55,788 nucleotides of DNA from Patescibacteria group bacterium (GCA_041666685.1 JBAYGJ010000002.1:1-55788), one strand, 5' to 3'; positions 44,588-53,609 are shown, counted from the stretch's first letter. The notes: generated by a model not told the origin, from the sequence alone. Translations and numbers: made by a program.

Positions 44588-44800
44588 GCCCGCCATGTGA
44601 ACAGCACGGAAGAGGGCGACTACTGAACAGCTCGCATTTTGCGGGAAGAGTCATGCGAGCAACTTCGCAACCCGGGAGAGCGGTCTGTACCTTTTCATTC
44701 AATTCATAATCTACCCTCGTGGTGGATGCGGCAACTGCCGTTGATCATCAATCCGATGTACAGACCCGGTGTGAGCATACGCTCTCCCGGTCTTTTTTTA
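44588..44800 (+). ncRNA. candidate ~210-nt structured non-coding RNA of unknown class
   Basis: No ORF longer than 20 codons. Hairpin CTCGCAT..ATGCGAG (about 44631-44659). A long-range helix CCGGGAGAGCG+GTCTGTAC (44672-44690) pairs with GTACAGAC (44758-65) and CGCTCTCCCGG (44780-90), followed by T7. Confidence 0.4.
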
Positions 44801-44802
44801 AA

Positions 44803-44832
44803 TTAAAAAAAGCCATTGTGTTTCCACAACGG
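44803..44832 (-). terminator. rho-independent terminator of the sigma-factor gene
   Basis: On the minus strand: CCGTTGTG-gaaa-CACAATGG followed by CTTTTTTT. Confidence 0.7.
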
Positions 44833-44837
44833 CTAGG

Positions 44838-45683
44838 TCAATCGGAGAACATGCCTCCGCCTTCAGTTTCTGTTAATTTTCTGGCAGCAATTTTCAATTT
44901 ACGCTTGGCGATGGTGAATCGGGCTTGGACCATCGTGGTGGTCATTTGGAAACGTTCAGCCGCTTCCTTAAGTAAGTGGCGCTGACCATCTTCCATGCCA
45001 CTCATATACCGGAAAATTTCACGTTCCTCATCGGTTAAGACTTGGAGTAGGTCGGCCAGAACTGCGGCATAATGCCGTTGATCAACGATGGCATCAGGTG
45101 AGATGGCGCGCTCATCTACTAGCAGGTCATGTAATGACGAATCACTGTCAGAAAAATGCTCATCCAATGACCGATGCGTTGCGGTGGCAAACGCCTCCCT
45201 CATCTGGGTTTCGCTGATGCCGAGCTCTTTCAGTTGCTCTGGTGATAACGGTGCACCTGACTGGCCGGCGACGGCAGTTTCCAGCGCTTTCCGGATGGCA
45301 TAGAATTCGTTCTGGATGTGCGTCCTTGAGGAAATGATATGCTGGAATCTGGCGACTTCTTCTCTGATATGCTGACGGATCGGCCAGACTGCATAGGAGA
45401 TGAGACGCGCGTTCCTGTCTGGATGGTATAATTTTATTGCGATAGCCAGCCCAGTATTGCCGGCGTTGACCAGGTCTTCGATAGCAACGTCGGACCAGCT
45501 GTACAAATTGGCGACGGAAACGACGAAACGCAGATGAGCTTTTGCCAGTTTTTCCTGCGCTTTTCTATCACCCACCAGACTTTTTGTCGCTAATTGTGCC
45601 TCCTCTTCACGTGTGATGAGAGGAGTCTTACCGATCTCATCCAAGTAATACTTATAACTTGGAGAGTTGGAATAAGTGCCCAT
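44838..45683 (-). CDS. RNA polymerase sigma-70 family factor (compact, RpoD-like regions 2-4)
   Basis: YLDEIGKTPLITREEE (region 1.2), HLRFVVSVANLY (2.x), WPIRQHI.. and a C-terminal HTH (..LLKEAAERFQMTTTMVQARFTIAKRKL). Confidence 0.85.
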   Translation of the reverse strand: MGTYSNSPSYKYYLDEIGKTPLITREEEAQLATKSLVGDRKAQEKLAKAHLRFVVSVANLYSWSDVAIEDLVNAGNTGLAIAIKLYHPDRNARLISYAVWPIRQHIREEVARFQHIISSRTHIQNEFYAIRKALETAVAGQSGAPLSPEQLKELGISETQMREAFATATHRSLDEHFSDSDSSLHDLLVDERAISPDAIVDQRHYAAVLADLLQVLTDEEREIFRYMSGMEDGQRHLLKEAAERFQMTTTMVQARFTIAKRKLKIAARKLTETEGGGMFSD

Positions 45684-45724
45684 ATTTACCTCTCAATGTA
45701 CGTGTGTTTGTTTTAAATTACAAA

Positions 45725-45753
45725 AGTGTACGATATTATCAGCTCCTCGTCAA
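45725..45753 (-). promoter_or_regulatory. sigma-70-type promoter upstream of the sigma-factor gene
   Basis: On the minus strand: TTGACG (45753-45748), a 17-nt spacer, then TACACT (45730-45725). Confidence 0.5.
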
Positions 45754-45861
45754 GGGACGGGTAGGGATCCCTCAACATTGCCACTTCGACTTCGCTCGTG
45801 GGCTACGTTCGGGATATTTTTTCTGCCGAAATTTTTTCGCTCAGGAGGAACTTGAAAATTC

Positions 45862-45900
45862 GAGAAAAAATAAATACCGCCAAGTCGGATGACTCGGCGG
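45862..45900 (-). terminator. rho-independent terminator downstream of pyrBI
   Basis: On the minus strand: CCGCCGAGTC-atcc-GACTTGGCGG (10 bp including one G-U pair) followed by a T-rich tract. Confidence 0.7.
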
Positions 45901-45927
45901 GGTATGGGTAGCGAAAAAGGTTCGATG

Positions 45928-47409
45928 TTAATCCCAGAGAGGAGTGCCACAGTATTCGCAAGTCAGAATCTTGGAATCTGCGCCCGGCTGGCCGGTAAAG
46001 AGAAAGTTCGGTTTCGCTTCACGATCATTGTTCGTGATGCAGGCATTGTTTGTGCAGTGCACATTTTGCGAAATACCGATAGGGGCACGGTACCGCCTTT
46101 TGAGAATTGTACTGTTGCCCGGCAGGTAATTGATCGTTACGCCGGGGTAGAGGGTTTGGATTGTGGCGCCGGCGAATTCGGGCAGCTCGTAGTCGTTGAG
46201 GAGCAGAACGTCTTTCTTGCCGCTCGGATGCCGGCTTGATTTGACGTAACGGACGGACTGTCCGGAGATGCCTCCCGGTAAACACTGGAGTAGTTTGAGC
46301 AGACGCTCGATATTATCGGCCTGTCCCGGCGGGATATGGTCGATAACTGTCCCGCATTTGATCGGCTGGAAATGTTTGAGTGGCTTGCCGGTCACGACGG
46401 TTTTTTCCGTCTGGTCAATGAAGAACGGCTGTTGGACAGGGTGCAGGTCGATCGGCACATACTGTGTTTCGCACAGCATCGCGATGATAGCCATCCGAGC
46501 AGGTATGCCGTATTCGGCCTGCTGGAAGGCGATGATCCGCTTATCGAGGGAAACCTCGGAGTCGATTTCATCCACTCGCGGGAGCGGATGCATGACGCGC
46601 ACATCGGGCTTCCAACTATCCAGCACATCCTGATTGATAATGAAACGGTGGCGGACCGATTCGATGTAGCGTTTTTCTTCTGTCGACATGCGTTCTAATT
46701 GGAACCTGGTGACATAGACGATGTCGCAGTCTGCCAGGATATCCAATGAATCCCCTTCGGTTACGTTTGCGAGGCTGAGTTTGTACCGATCCGGAAGTTC
46801 GAACCCTTTGGGCGCGGCGAATTTGAATTTCATGCCTTCGCGTCGGCAAAATGCCTGGAGTAAGGTATGAGCTGTCCGGCCTTTGCTGGGGTCGCCCATA
46901 ATACCGAGGGTGAAATTGTCCAGGCGGCCAAGTGTGCGTTTGATGGTCAGCATATCCAAGACAGTCTGGGTGGGATGCCATTGCCGCCCATCGCCGCAGT
47001 TGATGATATTGACCGGTCCGGGGTTGATGACTGAGAAATCGGTCACGTATTCCTGACATCTTTTGGCGATATAGAGCGGCTCACCTTCGATGCTGGTGCG
47101 GATAGCGACTATTCGTGTATTGCGCCCGACATGCATGCGCAGGTCGTCAGTGAAACTCTCCCCTTTACCCATAGATGATTGATTGGGATCGGCGAACCGA
47201 GTCACCTTCATTCCCATATTATCACCTGCGGTTTCGGTAGCTAGCATTGTCCGAGTGCTCCGCTCCCGAAAGAGTGTGAGTAGTCGGTAATGCGGATACT
47301 GCCGGTTGCAGGTATTCCTCTGCGCCCATGGGATCATAGATTCCGCCTGACCTACGACGTAATCTATGGAGTTGTTGCCCATGAAGCTGTCCATGTTGAT
47401 GACGTGCAT
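45928..47409 (-). CDS. pyrB: aspartate carbamoyltransferase, catalytic chain fused to the regulatory chain (PyrB-PyrI)
   Basis: N-terminal ~310 aa carry the STRTR-type (ERSTRT), HPTQ and HPLPRV motifs. The C-terminal ~150 aa carry PyrI features (GTVIDHIPPG.., zinc cluster C..NNAC..CEYC). Confidence 0.85.
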   Translation of the reverse strand: MHVINMDSFMGNNSIDYVVGQAESMIPWAQRNTCNRQYPHYRLLTLFRERSTRTMLATETAGDNMGMKVTRFADPNQSSMGKGESFTDDLRMHVGRNTRIVAIRTSIEGEPLYIAKRCQEYVTDFSVINPGPVNIINCGDGRQWHPTQTVLDMLTIKRTLGRLDNFTLGIMGDPSKGRTAHTLLQAFCRREGMKFKFAAPKGFELPDRYKLSLANVTEGDSLDILADCDIVYVTRFQLERMSTEEKRYIESVRHRFIINQDVLDSWKPDVRVMHPLPRVDEIDSEVSLDKRIIAFQQAEYGIPARMAIIAMLCETQYVPIDLHPVQQPFFIDQTEKTVVTGKPLKHFQPIKCGTVIDHIPPGQADNIERLLKLLQCLPGGISGQSVRYVKSSRHPSGKKDVLLLNDYELPEFAGATIQTLYPGVTINYLPGNSTILKRRYRAPIGISQNVHCTNNACITNNDREAKPNFLFTGQPGADSKILTCEYCGTPLWD

Positions 47410-47552
47410 GACAAATCCTCCTGTCCCTCAAATTGGGACGGTTTGTATGTTAAATTACTCTATTTTTTTCTATTGTTTCAAATACCTTACCATAGCGGTT
47501 TAGGAGCGTCAAGGAAATAAAAAGGGCCGGGCTTATGCTCGACCTGACTTGG

Positions 47553-47798
47553 TCAATCTGGATGGAATTGGGAACGATGGTTCTGCCTGATAGCCCGATC
47601 TTGGCGCCGTAGTCTCATTACAATAATAATGAGATAGACTTGGAGCCCGGTGATGCAGACCATGCAGAAAAGCAGGTCCAGGCAGATGATAAGGTTGCTG
47701 ATGCCTTTATTGAAAGGCAGGAAACTTAGGGCCATCATCAGTAAGCCTATGGCCATGATTTCCATAAGGCGGATGGCACGTTTGGTAGAAAGTTTCAT
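47553..47798 (-). CDS. small membrane protein, function unknown
   Basis: 81-aa ORF with two hydrophobic helices. The promoter at 47901-47929 lies upstream. Confidence 0.45.
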   Translation of the reverse strand: MKLSTKRAIRLMEIMAIGLLMMALSFLPFNKGISNLIICLDLLFCMVCITGLQVYLIIIVMRLRRQDRAIRQNHRSQFHPD

Positions 47799-47900
47799 TC
47801 GGCCGCTTCCTCAATACGACAACTGTCGTAGTTTGCCGTCCAATGGGCATGTTTATGAGGAGCAATCCTATTACTCTGAATGTACGAGTAGGTTCATGGC

Positions 47901-47929
47901 AATGTATCATGGAGATGTGCGGACGTCAA
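47901..47929 (-). promoter_or_regulatory. sigma-70-type promoter
   Basis: On the minus strand: TTGACG (47929-24), a 17-nt spacer, then TACATT (47906-01). Confidence 0.5.
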
Positions 47930-47931
47930 GC

Positions 47932-47963
47932 ATAAAAAAAGGAGCCGGTGGGTGGGGCTCCTT
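47932..47963 (-). terminator. rho-independent terminator (hairpin flanked by A- and T-runs, possibly bidirectional)
   Basis: GGAGCC-ggtgggtgg-GGCTCC. On the minus strand it is followed by T7, directly after the zinc-ribbon ORF stop. Confidence 0.7.
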
Positions 47964-48110
47964 TTAGGAATTAGGAAGCGGTGAAAATGTTCCGTCGGGG
48001 GAGTATCCAGGCTTGATAGTGCCGCAACGTGAGCACTTCATCGGATCGGTAACGTGTAATCCACAATTTGGGCAGACCCAGATCGGGATAGGCGGACGAT
48101 TTATTTCCAT
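47964..48110 (-). CDS. 48-aa zinc-ribbon protein (absent from the ORF track)
   Basis: MEINRPPIPIWVCPNCGLHVTDPMKCSRCGTIKPGYSPDGTFSPLPNS has two CxxC pairs. AAGGAGGG lies 4 nt upstream of the ATG, and a terminator follows immediately. Confidence 0.55.
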   Translation of the reverse strand: MEINRPPIPIWVCPNCGLHVTDPMKCSRCGTIKPGYSPDGTFSPLPNS

Positions 48111-48171
48111 CAACCCTCCTTGGCTAAAGGAACGTATACTGATGTTAGTATACTCTTGAAATTTTTTTCGG

Positions 48172-48207
48172 GAAAATAAAAAGGAGCCGACAGTTACGTG
48201 CGGCTCC
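48172..48207 (-). terminator. rho-independent terminator downstream of pyrE
   Basis: On the minus strand: GGAGCCG-cacgtaactgt-CGGCTCC followed by TTTTTATTTT. Confidence 0.7.
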
Positions 48208-48248
48208 AGAATAGGAAAAGGGAATCGAATGAGCGGTGAGAAAATCGG

Positions 48249-48935
48249 TCAGCTTTGCTGATGTTCAGCAATGAAGCGCTGAACGTCAGCGTGCTGTTCC
48301 TCGGTAATCAGATGCTCCTCGGCAAAGGTCTGGGCGACGTCCAGGATCCTGAAGAGCGAACCGGTACGGAAACCGTCGCGCCGCAGGGATTCCATGCCAC
48401 CCTGCTGGCGGTCGAATGCGACGAGGACGGTAATCTCATCCTGAGGATAGCCGCCCGTGATGAGCTTTTTGCTGGCTTCGCGCTTGCTTTTTGACGTAGT
48501 CACTACGTCATCAATGAGGTAGAGGTGTCCCCCTTCCTCATAGTTGCCTATGACCAGCGATCCGCTGCCGATGCCGTAGTTTTTTGGCTCAGGGCGGAGT
48601 GCCCGCAGGCGCAGATCCATGCCCATTCCCTGGCCGGCATATACTGCCGCCGTAGCCAATGGGTTAGCCGCCTCCGGAATGCCGCAGACGTAATTCGGAG
48701 TCCTCCGGCGTTCGCTGATGAGTTCCGAAATAAGCGTGGCGAAAAGCACGCCGAACATCGGAATGAGGCCGTGGGAATCCCACATTTTATCACGCAGGTT
48801 GACGTAGATCGGCGACATGCTGCCGTCTTTGAGTTTGGTCAATGGGCCGACGACGATGATTTTCTCGTCGAGCAGCCTCTTTAGGAATTCCAGATGATCT
48901 CTGGGGTTCAGGTTTTCCATAAGCACTCCATGCAA
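48249..48935 (-). CDS. pyrE: orotate phosphoribosyltransferase
   Basis: PRPP-binding motif LYLIDDVVTTSKS and the overall OPRTase layout. The start may instead be the ATG at 48920 (GGAG upstream). Confidence 0.8.
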   Translation of the reverse strand: MHGVLMENLNPRDHLEFLKRLLDEKIIVVGPLTKLKDGSMSPIYVNLRDKMWDSHGLIPMFGVLFATLISELISERRRTPNYVCGIPEAANPLATAAVYAGQGMGMDLRLRALRPEPKNYGIGSGSLVIGNYEEGGHLYLIDDVVTTSKSKREASKKLITGGYPQDEITVLVAFDRQQGGMESLRRDGFRTGSLFRILDVAQTFAEEHLITEEQHADVQRFIAEHQQS

Positions 48936-48962
48936 AAGGGTGGAAGAAAATAGAGGTTGCTG

Positions 48963-49874
48963 TCAAATACTGGACGTGGCGAGCTGAGCGCGCAGATCGT
49001 TGATCTGCGTATTCAGCGTTTCCGCAGCCAGGCCGGCGGCTTCGTCGAAATTGTCCTCGGATGAGGCATGGCACACGCTCGAAGAAGCGTTGATCAGGGC
49101 CGGTCCGCTAGCATTGTTGCGGAGGGTACCGGCTAGATCGCCCTGCTGTTTTCCGATGCCGGGTATCAGCAGCGGTACGTCCGATCCGACGCGCTGACGG
49201 ATATTCCCGAGTTCTTCGGGATGAGTGGCGCCGGTGACCAGGCCGAGCTGACCATCCCAGATGCTGGACCGTTCGAATGTGCAACCATGGATTGTTTTTC
49301 CTCTGGTCAGCACTTCGGCCACCCACTCGTAAACGGGTATATGGCGGTCGTCGCAATCGCCGATGGCGTCAGGGACGGTAACCTTCATGTTCTGGAGGAT
49401 GGCTGCATCTTTGTTGGACGTGACGCAGAGGGCGAAAATACCCAGTCCGGCTTCCAGGAACGGTTCGAGCGTTTTCGGGCCGAGATAGGGGCTGACCGTC
49501 ACGGCATCCGGATCGAACAGCTTGTAGAACTGAGCGTACATCTTGGCGGTGTCGCCGATATCGCCCCGTTTGCCGTCCACGACCAATAGATGGTCGGGGA
49601 ATTCTTTCCTGATGAACCTGCAGATGGTTTCCAGGGCGTGGATGCCGGCGGGACCATGCGCCTCATAAAAAGCCACATTGGGCTTGAAGGCGCACGCATG
49701 CGGCGCCGTCTTCCTGATGACTCGCGTGAGGTATTCATAGAACATGGGCTGCAGGCGATCACCGAATCCGGACACCAAGCTCGGTGGGAACTTGGCAATG
49801 ACGGGATCGAGACCGACGCACAATATGCTGCCGGTTTTCTCTTGCGCGTTGCGCAGTTTTTCTAGAAGTGTCAT
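48963..49874 (-). CDS. pyrF: orotidine 5'-phosphate decarboxylase, type 2
   Basis: LCVGLDP.., VVDGKRGDIG, ..TVSPYLG.. motifs of the long-form PyrF. Confidence 0.85.
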   Translation of the reverse strand: MTLLEKLRNAQEKTGSILCVGLDPVIAKFPPSLVSGFGDRLQPMFYEYLTRVIRKTAPHACAFKPNVAFYEAHGPAGIHALETICRFIRKEFPDHLLVVDGKRGDIGDTAKMYAQFYKLFDPDAVTVSPYLGPKTLEPFLEAGLGIFALCVTSNKDAAILQNMKVTVPDAIGDCDDRHIPVYEWVAEVLTRGKTIHGCTFERSSIWDGQLGLVTGATHPEELGNIRQRVGSDVPLLIPGIGKQQGDLAGTLRNNASGPALINASSSVCHASSEDNFDEAAGLAAETLNTQINDLRAQLATSSI

Positions 49875-50068
49875 GATTGGCCTCCAATAGGTTTGAATAG
49901 GTTTTCAAGCGTCTGTTTCTGTTTTGTATTTGCGTTACCTTAGCAAATGTAAGCCTGATGTGTCAATCCGAAGTGTGCGGGTGTTATTGACAGCCAAATC
50001 CGATCGGGAGTAGAGTTGGGTGAATTGACCTTTGACTAGAACACCCTATTATTCCAGGAGGTTTACTG

Positions 50069-50440
50069 ATGTTTGTAAAAAAGTTCGTAGCGGTTGCGGT
50101 CATCTGTATCTTGGCCGGACTCATGGTCGGATGTGCCGCAAAACAGCAGGCAATGATCGGCGGAGAAGGAAAGTCTCCCGTCCTGCAGGGCCAGGGTATC
50201 GGCAAGATTACCGGCGTGGTTCTCGATCAGAACAACGAACCTTTGGTCGGCGTATCAGTTGCGCTGGTCGGTACTAGGTCAGGCGCGATGACCAACGAGG
50301 AGGGCCGGTATACTATTCTCAACGTGAGGACCGGCAGATATTCGCTTCAGTTTTCTTTGCCGGGCTACAAAACCTTAACTGTAGATGAAGTGGAGGTGCG
50401 GGCCGACCTGGCGACATATTTGGACCAGAAACTTTATTAG
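50069..50440 (+). CDS. lipoprotein with a carboxypeptidase-regulatory-like (CarboxypepD_reg) domain
   Basis: Lipobox LMVGC after the signal sequence. GKITGVVLDQNNEPLVGVSVALVGT..GAMTNEEGRYTI..V..G.Y.L.FS.PGY pattern. Confidence 0.7.
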   Translation: MFVKKFVAVAVICILAGLMVGCAAKQQAMIGGEGKSPVLQGQGIGKITGVVLDQNNEPLVGVSVALVGTRSGAMTNEEGRYTILNVRTGRYSLQFSLPGYKTLTVDEVEVRADLATYLDQKLY

Positions 50441-50468
50441 CTGGTCGAGTATCGTTTATGTTGAATGA

Positions 50469-50494
50469 GCCGGGACTCAGTCCTGGCTTTTTTA
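50469..50494 (+). terminator. rho-independent terminator
   Basis: GCCGGGACT-c-AGTCCTGGC followed by T6. Confidence 0.7.
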
Positions 50495-50529
50495 ATAAAA
50501 AATACGCACGCGGAAGTCCGACGTGCGCA
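50495..50529 (-). terminator. rho-independent terminator (convergent partner)
   Basis: On the minus strand: CGCACG-tcggacttccg-CGTGCG followed by a T-rich run. Confidence 0.55.
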
Positions 50530-50561
50530 TGAGTTTGGTTGTGATGTGATTGTCGTTGTCT

Positions 50562-50957
50562 CTATTTGACGAATGTGCGGGCCGTCTCCCTGTGGCGCTG
50601 TTCGAGCTCCTGCAATTTGGGAGGGCGGTCGGTGAGCTCCTGCTGGGCGGCAATCGCCCTTTTCGCGATCGTTTCGCAGACAAGCACTTCGGTGCCGGCA
50701 GCCACCTCGAACCCGTCGGGAAGGGGGTGTGCTGTTTTGATGGCACACTGGTTGCCGGGTTTGCTGACATTTGCCCGGCGGCGTTTGATCTCGATACTTG
50801 ATACTTTGACCGTCGTCTCAGCCGATCCGTTCCTGATCACCAGTTCCTCGTGGGCAACGAAACCGTTCTGATCGACGGCGATGCCGATATACGGACCGAA
50901 CTTTCCCGGAAAAACTTCGAACACTTGGCCAACGGGCACGAGAATGCCTTGAGCCAT
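50562..50957 (-). CDS. hypothetical protein, possibly an EF-Tu-domain-2-like beta-barrel
   Basis: 131-aa ORF. The GQVFEVF..G.IGIAVD..G.V..E.V.. pattern is loosely reminiscent of translation-factor domain II. Weak call. Confidence 0.3.
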   Translation of the reverse strand: MAQGILVPVGQVFEVFPGKFGPYIGIAVDQNGFVAHEELVIRNGSAETTVKVSSIEIKRRRANVSKPGNQCAIKTAHPLPDGFEVAAGTEVLVCETIAKRAIAAQQELTDRPPKLQELEQRHRETARTFVK

Positions 50958-51090
50958 ACAACACCTCCATGTTTTGAACGTTATTGGTTTTTGTTTACGG
51001 GGATATGTATCAATCTATAACTGGAAATATTTTTTGTCAAATGCAAAAAGCGTCCCGCAATCGGGACGCTTTGCTAGATGCCGCGAATGA

Positions 51091-52227
51091 TTATTTATTG
51101 TCCCAGATGACGCGCGATGCGGCTAGTGTTTTTGTCGCGGAAGTATAGTCTCCGACAACTTTTACTATTTCGCCGACAGTCAGATCGTCGAATGTCTTAT
51201 TGGTGACGGTGTTGCAGGCGGCTTTAACGAAGCCGGTACTTTTCACAGGCTTTTCCAGATACAGGTATTTTGTCGAACTTGTCGTGGTGACCGTAACCTC
51301 GACCATCTTTTTCGAGTTGCCCATTTGGAGGACGAAGGAATGCGCAGCGGCATTGATGGATTTGACCGTACCTTTCATGTCCCGGTATTTGGCGACAATG
51401 GTATTGTCCCGGACCACTTTCGCGTTGAGTACTTTACCGGTACCGAGCGTGCCGCGGGCTTCGATCTTATCCCCGACAGAAAATTCATCAATGGTGGCAG
51501 TCAGCATGTGTTTGCGGAAGAGCTTGGTCGTGGAGGTGACATTGACGGTCCATTGCTGTTTTTTGCCCAGATCCACGGTAAGTGTTGCCGGTAATCCGCC
51601 ATTGGTGAGCTCAATAGCCGAGATGGTTCCAGCTAGTGTTTTCATGTAGACAATGACCCGGTCGGCATCGATTCGATTTGAAGCTTGGCGCCAGAGCCCG
51701 ATAACTTTTGCCAATTCGCCATTTTTCAGGTCAGTACAGGCGACTTTTTCTCCGCCGCGGATGATTGTGGCGGTGGTGGCGAGATAAACGGTTTGTTGCT
51801 CCCGATCCTTCGGTTTGTAGGTAAATGAGTTACTGGCACAATTTGTCGTGACGATAGTGCCGATGAACGTCCCGCCGGCGCGTTGGACAGACAGGTCTTT
51901 GATCGTTTTCGGGGTAATGGTATTCACTGCATCGCTCGAGAGCGTCCCTTTTACCTGGATGGTGTCTCCGACCATGAATTCGGATAAGTCGGCCGGACCG
52001 TTATATTTCCTGACGATGACTGTCGTGGCGTCGACATTGACGGTGTATACCGTCGCGCCTGATGTCAGTGTGATAGTGGCTGGTACGCTGGTGCCGCTCA
52101 TGGCGGTCAGGGTGCCGGTAACCGCGATGGCGCTGGTTGATACGCTTTCTTCCGCTTGGACGGGCAGTGCCATCAGTAACGCAAAAAGAATGGCTGAACT
52201 GCCTAGAAGAGTAGTCATTTTCCTCAT
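51091..52227 (-). CDS. secreted repeat protein (four DUF5666-like beta modules)
   Basis: Signal peptide ..ALPVQAEE. Four repeats of the form T..T.I.R....A...DL..G...KV.G. Confidence 0.5.
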   Translation of the reverse strand: MRKMTTLLGSSAILFALLMALPVQAEESVSTSAIAVTGTLTAMSGTSVPATITLTSGATVYTVNVDATTVIVRKYNGPADLSEFMVGDTIQVKGTLSSDAVNTITPKTIKDLSVQRAGGTFIGTIVTTNCASNSFTYKPKDREQQTVYLATTATIIRGGEKVACTDLKNGELAKVIGLWRQASNRIDADRVIVYMKTLAGTISAIELTNGGLPATLTVDLGKKQQWTVNVTSTTKLFRKHMLTATIDEFSVGDKIEARGTLGTGKVLNAKVVRDNTIVAKYRDMKGTVKSINAAAHSFVLQMGNSKKMVEVTVTTTSSTKYLYLEKPVKSTGFVKAACNTVTNKTFDDLTVGEIVKVVGDYTSATKTLAASRVIWDNK

Positions 52228-52306
52228 ACTATTCGTTATATTAATAATTAACCCGTCGTTACCTTGCTACGCGGGGTAGTATAGAATACTTTTAATTGTC
52301 TGTACA

Positions 52307-52996
52307 CTACCAGCCTTTTGCTTTCAGTCCGGCTTCGGCTGCGGCGACTTGTGCCTCTTGTTTTGACAATCCCTCACCGGTCGCAATCTGCTCTTTGCCC
52401 AGGAATAATCCGATGACGAAATTTTTTGCGTGGTCTGGGCCGTTTTCGGACAGAACCTGGTAGGACGGGGTGATCCCGTAATTTTCCTGGCTCAATTCCT
52501 GGAACCGGCTTTTCGGGTCTTGGTAGGCTTTGTTGGCGATGATCCCTTCCAAATGGATAAGGATCCGTTCGTGGATGAATTTTTTTGCCGGCTCCCATCC
52601 CTGATCCAGGTAGATGGCGCCGATCAGCGCTTCAAAAGCGTTGGCCATGATGAACTGCCTGGCCTTGGAGTTGGCGTCTTTTGATTCCCCCTTTGACAGA
52701 TATAAGTAGCCGTTCAGATCGCAGGTCAGGGCGATTTGGGCAAGCATTTTTGAATTGACCAGGCTGGCGCGCCAGTTGGTTAGGTCGCCCTCGGGATTCG
52801 GGTACCTCGCGTAGAGGTATTCCGTCACGATCAGCTCCAGTACCGCATCGCCCAAAAATTCCAGCCGTTCATTATGCGGCAGGGGGAAATCCGGATGCTC
52901 ATTGAGATACGAACGATGGACCATGGACTGGCGGAGCAGGTCCTGGTTCTTGAACGTGATGTTGATGGTTTTTTCTAGCTCGTTTATTTCTTTCAT
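52307..52996 (-). CDS. rnc: ribonuclease III
   Basis: NERLEFLGDAVLEL signature and a C-terminal dsRBD (..GPDHAKNF...GEGLSKQEAQVAAA). Confidence 0.93.
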   Translation of the reverse strand: MKEINELEKTINITFKNQDLLRQSMVHRSYLNEHPDFPLPHNERLEFLGDAVLELIVTEYLYARYPNPEGDLTNWRASLVNSKMLAQIALTCDLNGYLYLSKGESKDANSKARQFIMANAFEALIGAIYLDQGWEPAKKFIHERILIHLEGIIANKAYQDPKSRFQELSQENYGITPSYQVLSENGPDHAKNFVIGLFLGKEQIATGEGLSKQEAQVAAAEAGLKAKGW

Positions 52997-53049
52997 GGGG
53001 TAGTGTCCACGAGCTGAAACGAATGTTCGACTCTCCGGCGAACGCTCGT

Positions 53050-53535
53050 TTAAGCTGACGGTTGTTTATCCGGCGCAGACTGTTTGGGAGCTTCTTCCGA
53101 AATGGCCACCTCGCCTTTTTTGACCATTTCTTTGTATATGGATCCCAGGACGCCGTTGATGAATTTGCCTGACGATTCCCCGCCGAAACTCTTGGCCAGT
53201 TCGATCGCCTCGTTGATCGCCACTTTCGGGGGGATTTCGCCTTTGGAGAATTTCAGTTCGTAGATGCCGATGCGCAGGACGTTGCGGTCCACGACTGTGA
53301 TCTGTTCCAGCGGCCATTCCGGGGCGAATGACGTGATCAGCTGGTTGATGTCCGCGACGTTATGGATGACGCCTTTGACGAGGCGCATGCTGAACCCATT
53401 GTCCTCAAAAGCCGGCGCAAACTCTTTGAGATTGCGTTCTACCAGAGACGGGAGAGTGCGCTCGTCCAGTTTGTTGAAATCCCATTCGTATAGGGATTGC
53501 ATGGCGATAGTTCTGGAAAGGTGGCGATTGGACAT
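53050..53535 (-). CDS. nusB: transcription antitermination factor NusB
   Basis: [11 protein letters not shown].., [22 protein letters not shown]... FINGVL motifs. Confidence 0.9.
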   Translation of the reverse strand: MSNRHLSRTIAMQSLYEWDFNKLDERTLPSLVERNLKEFAPAFEDNGFSMRLVKGVIHNVADINQLITSFAPEWPLEQITVVDRNVLRIGIYELKFSKGEIPPKVAINEAIELAKSFGGESSGKFINGVLGSIYKEMVKKGEVAISEEAPKQSAPDKQPSA

Positions 53536-53609
53536 GATGCGTTGGTAATGTGTAATTGGTAACAGGTAATTTTTATGCCGACTGTTACAGATTACGAGTT
53601 ACTTATTAC

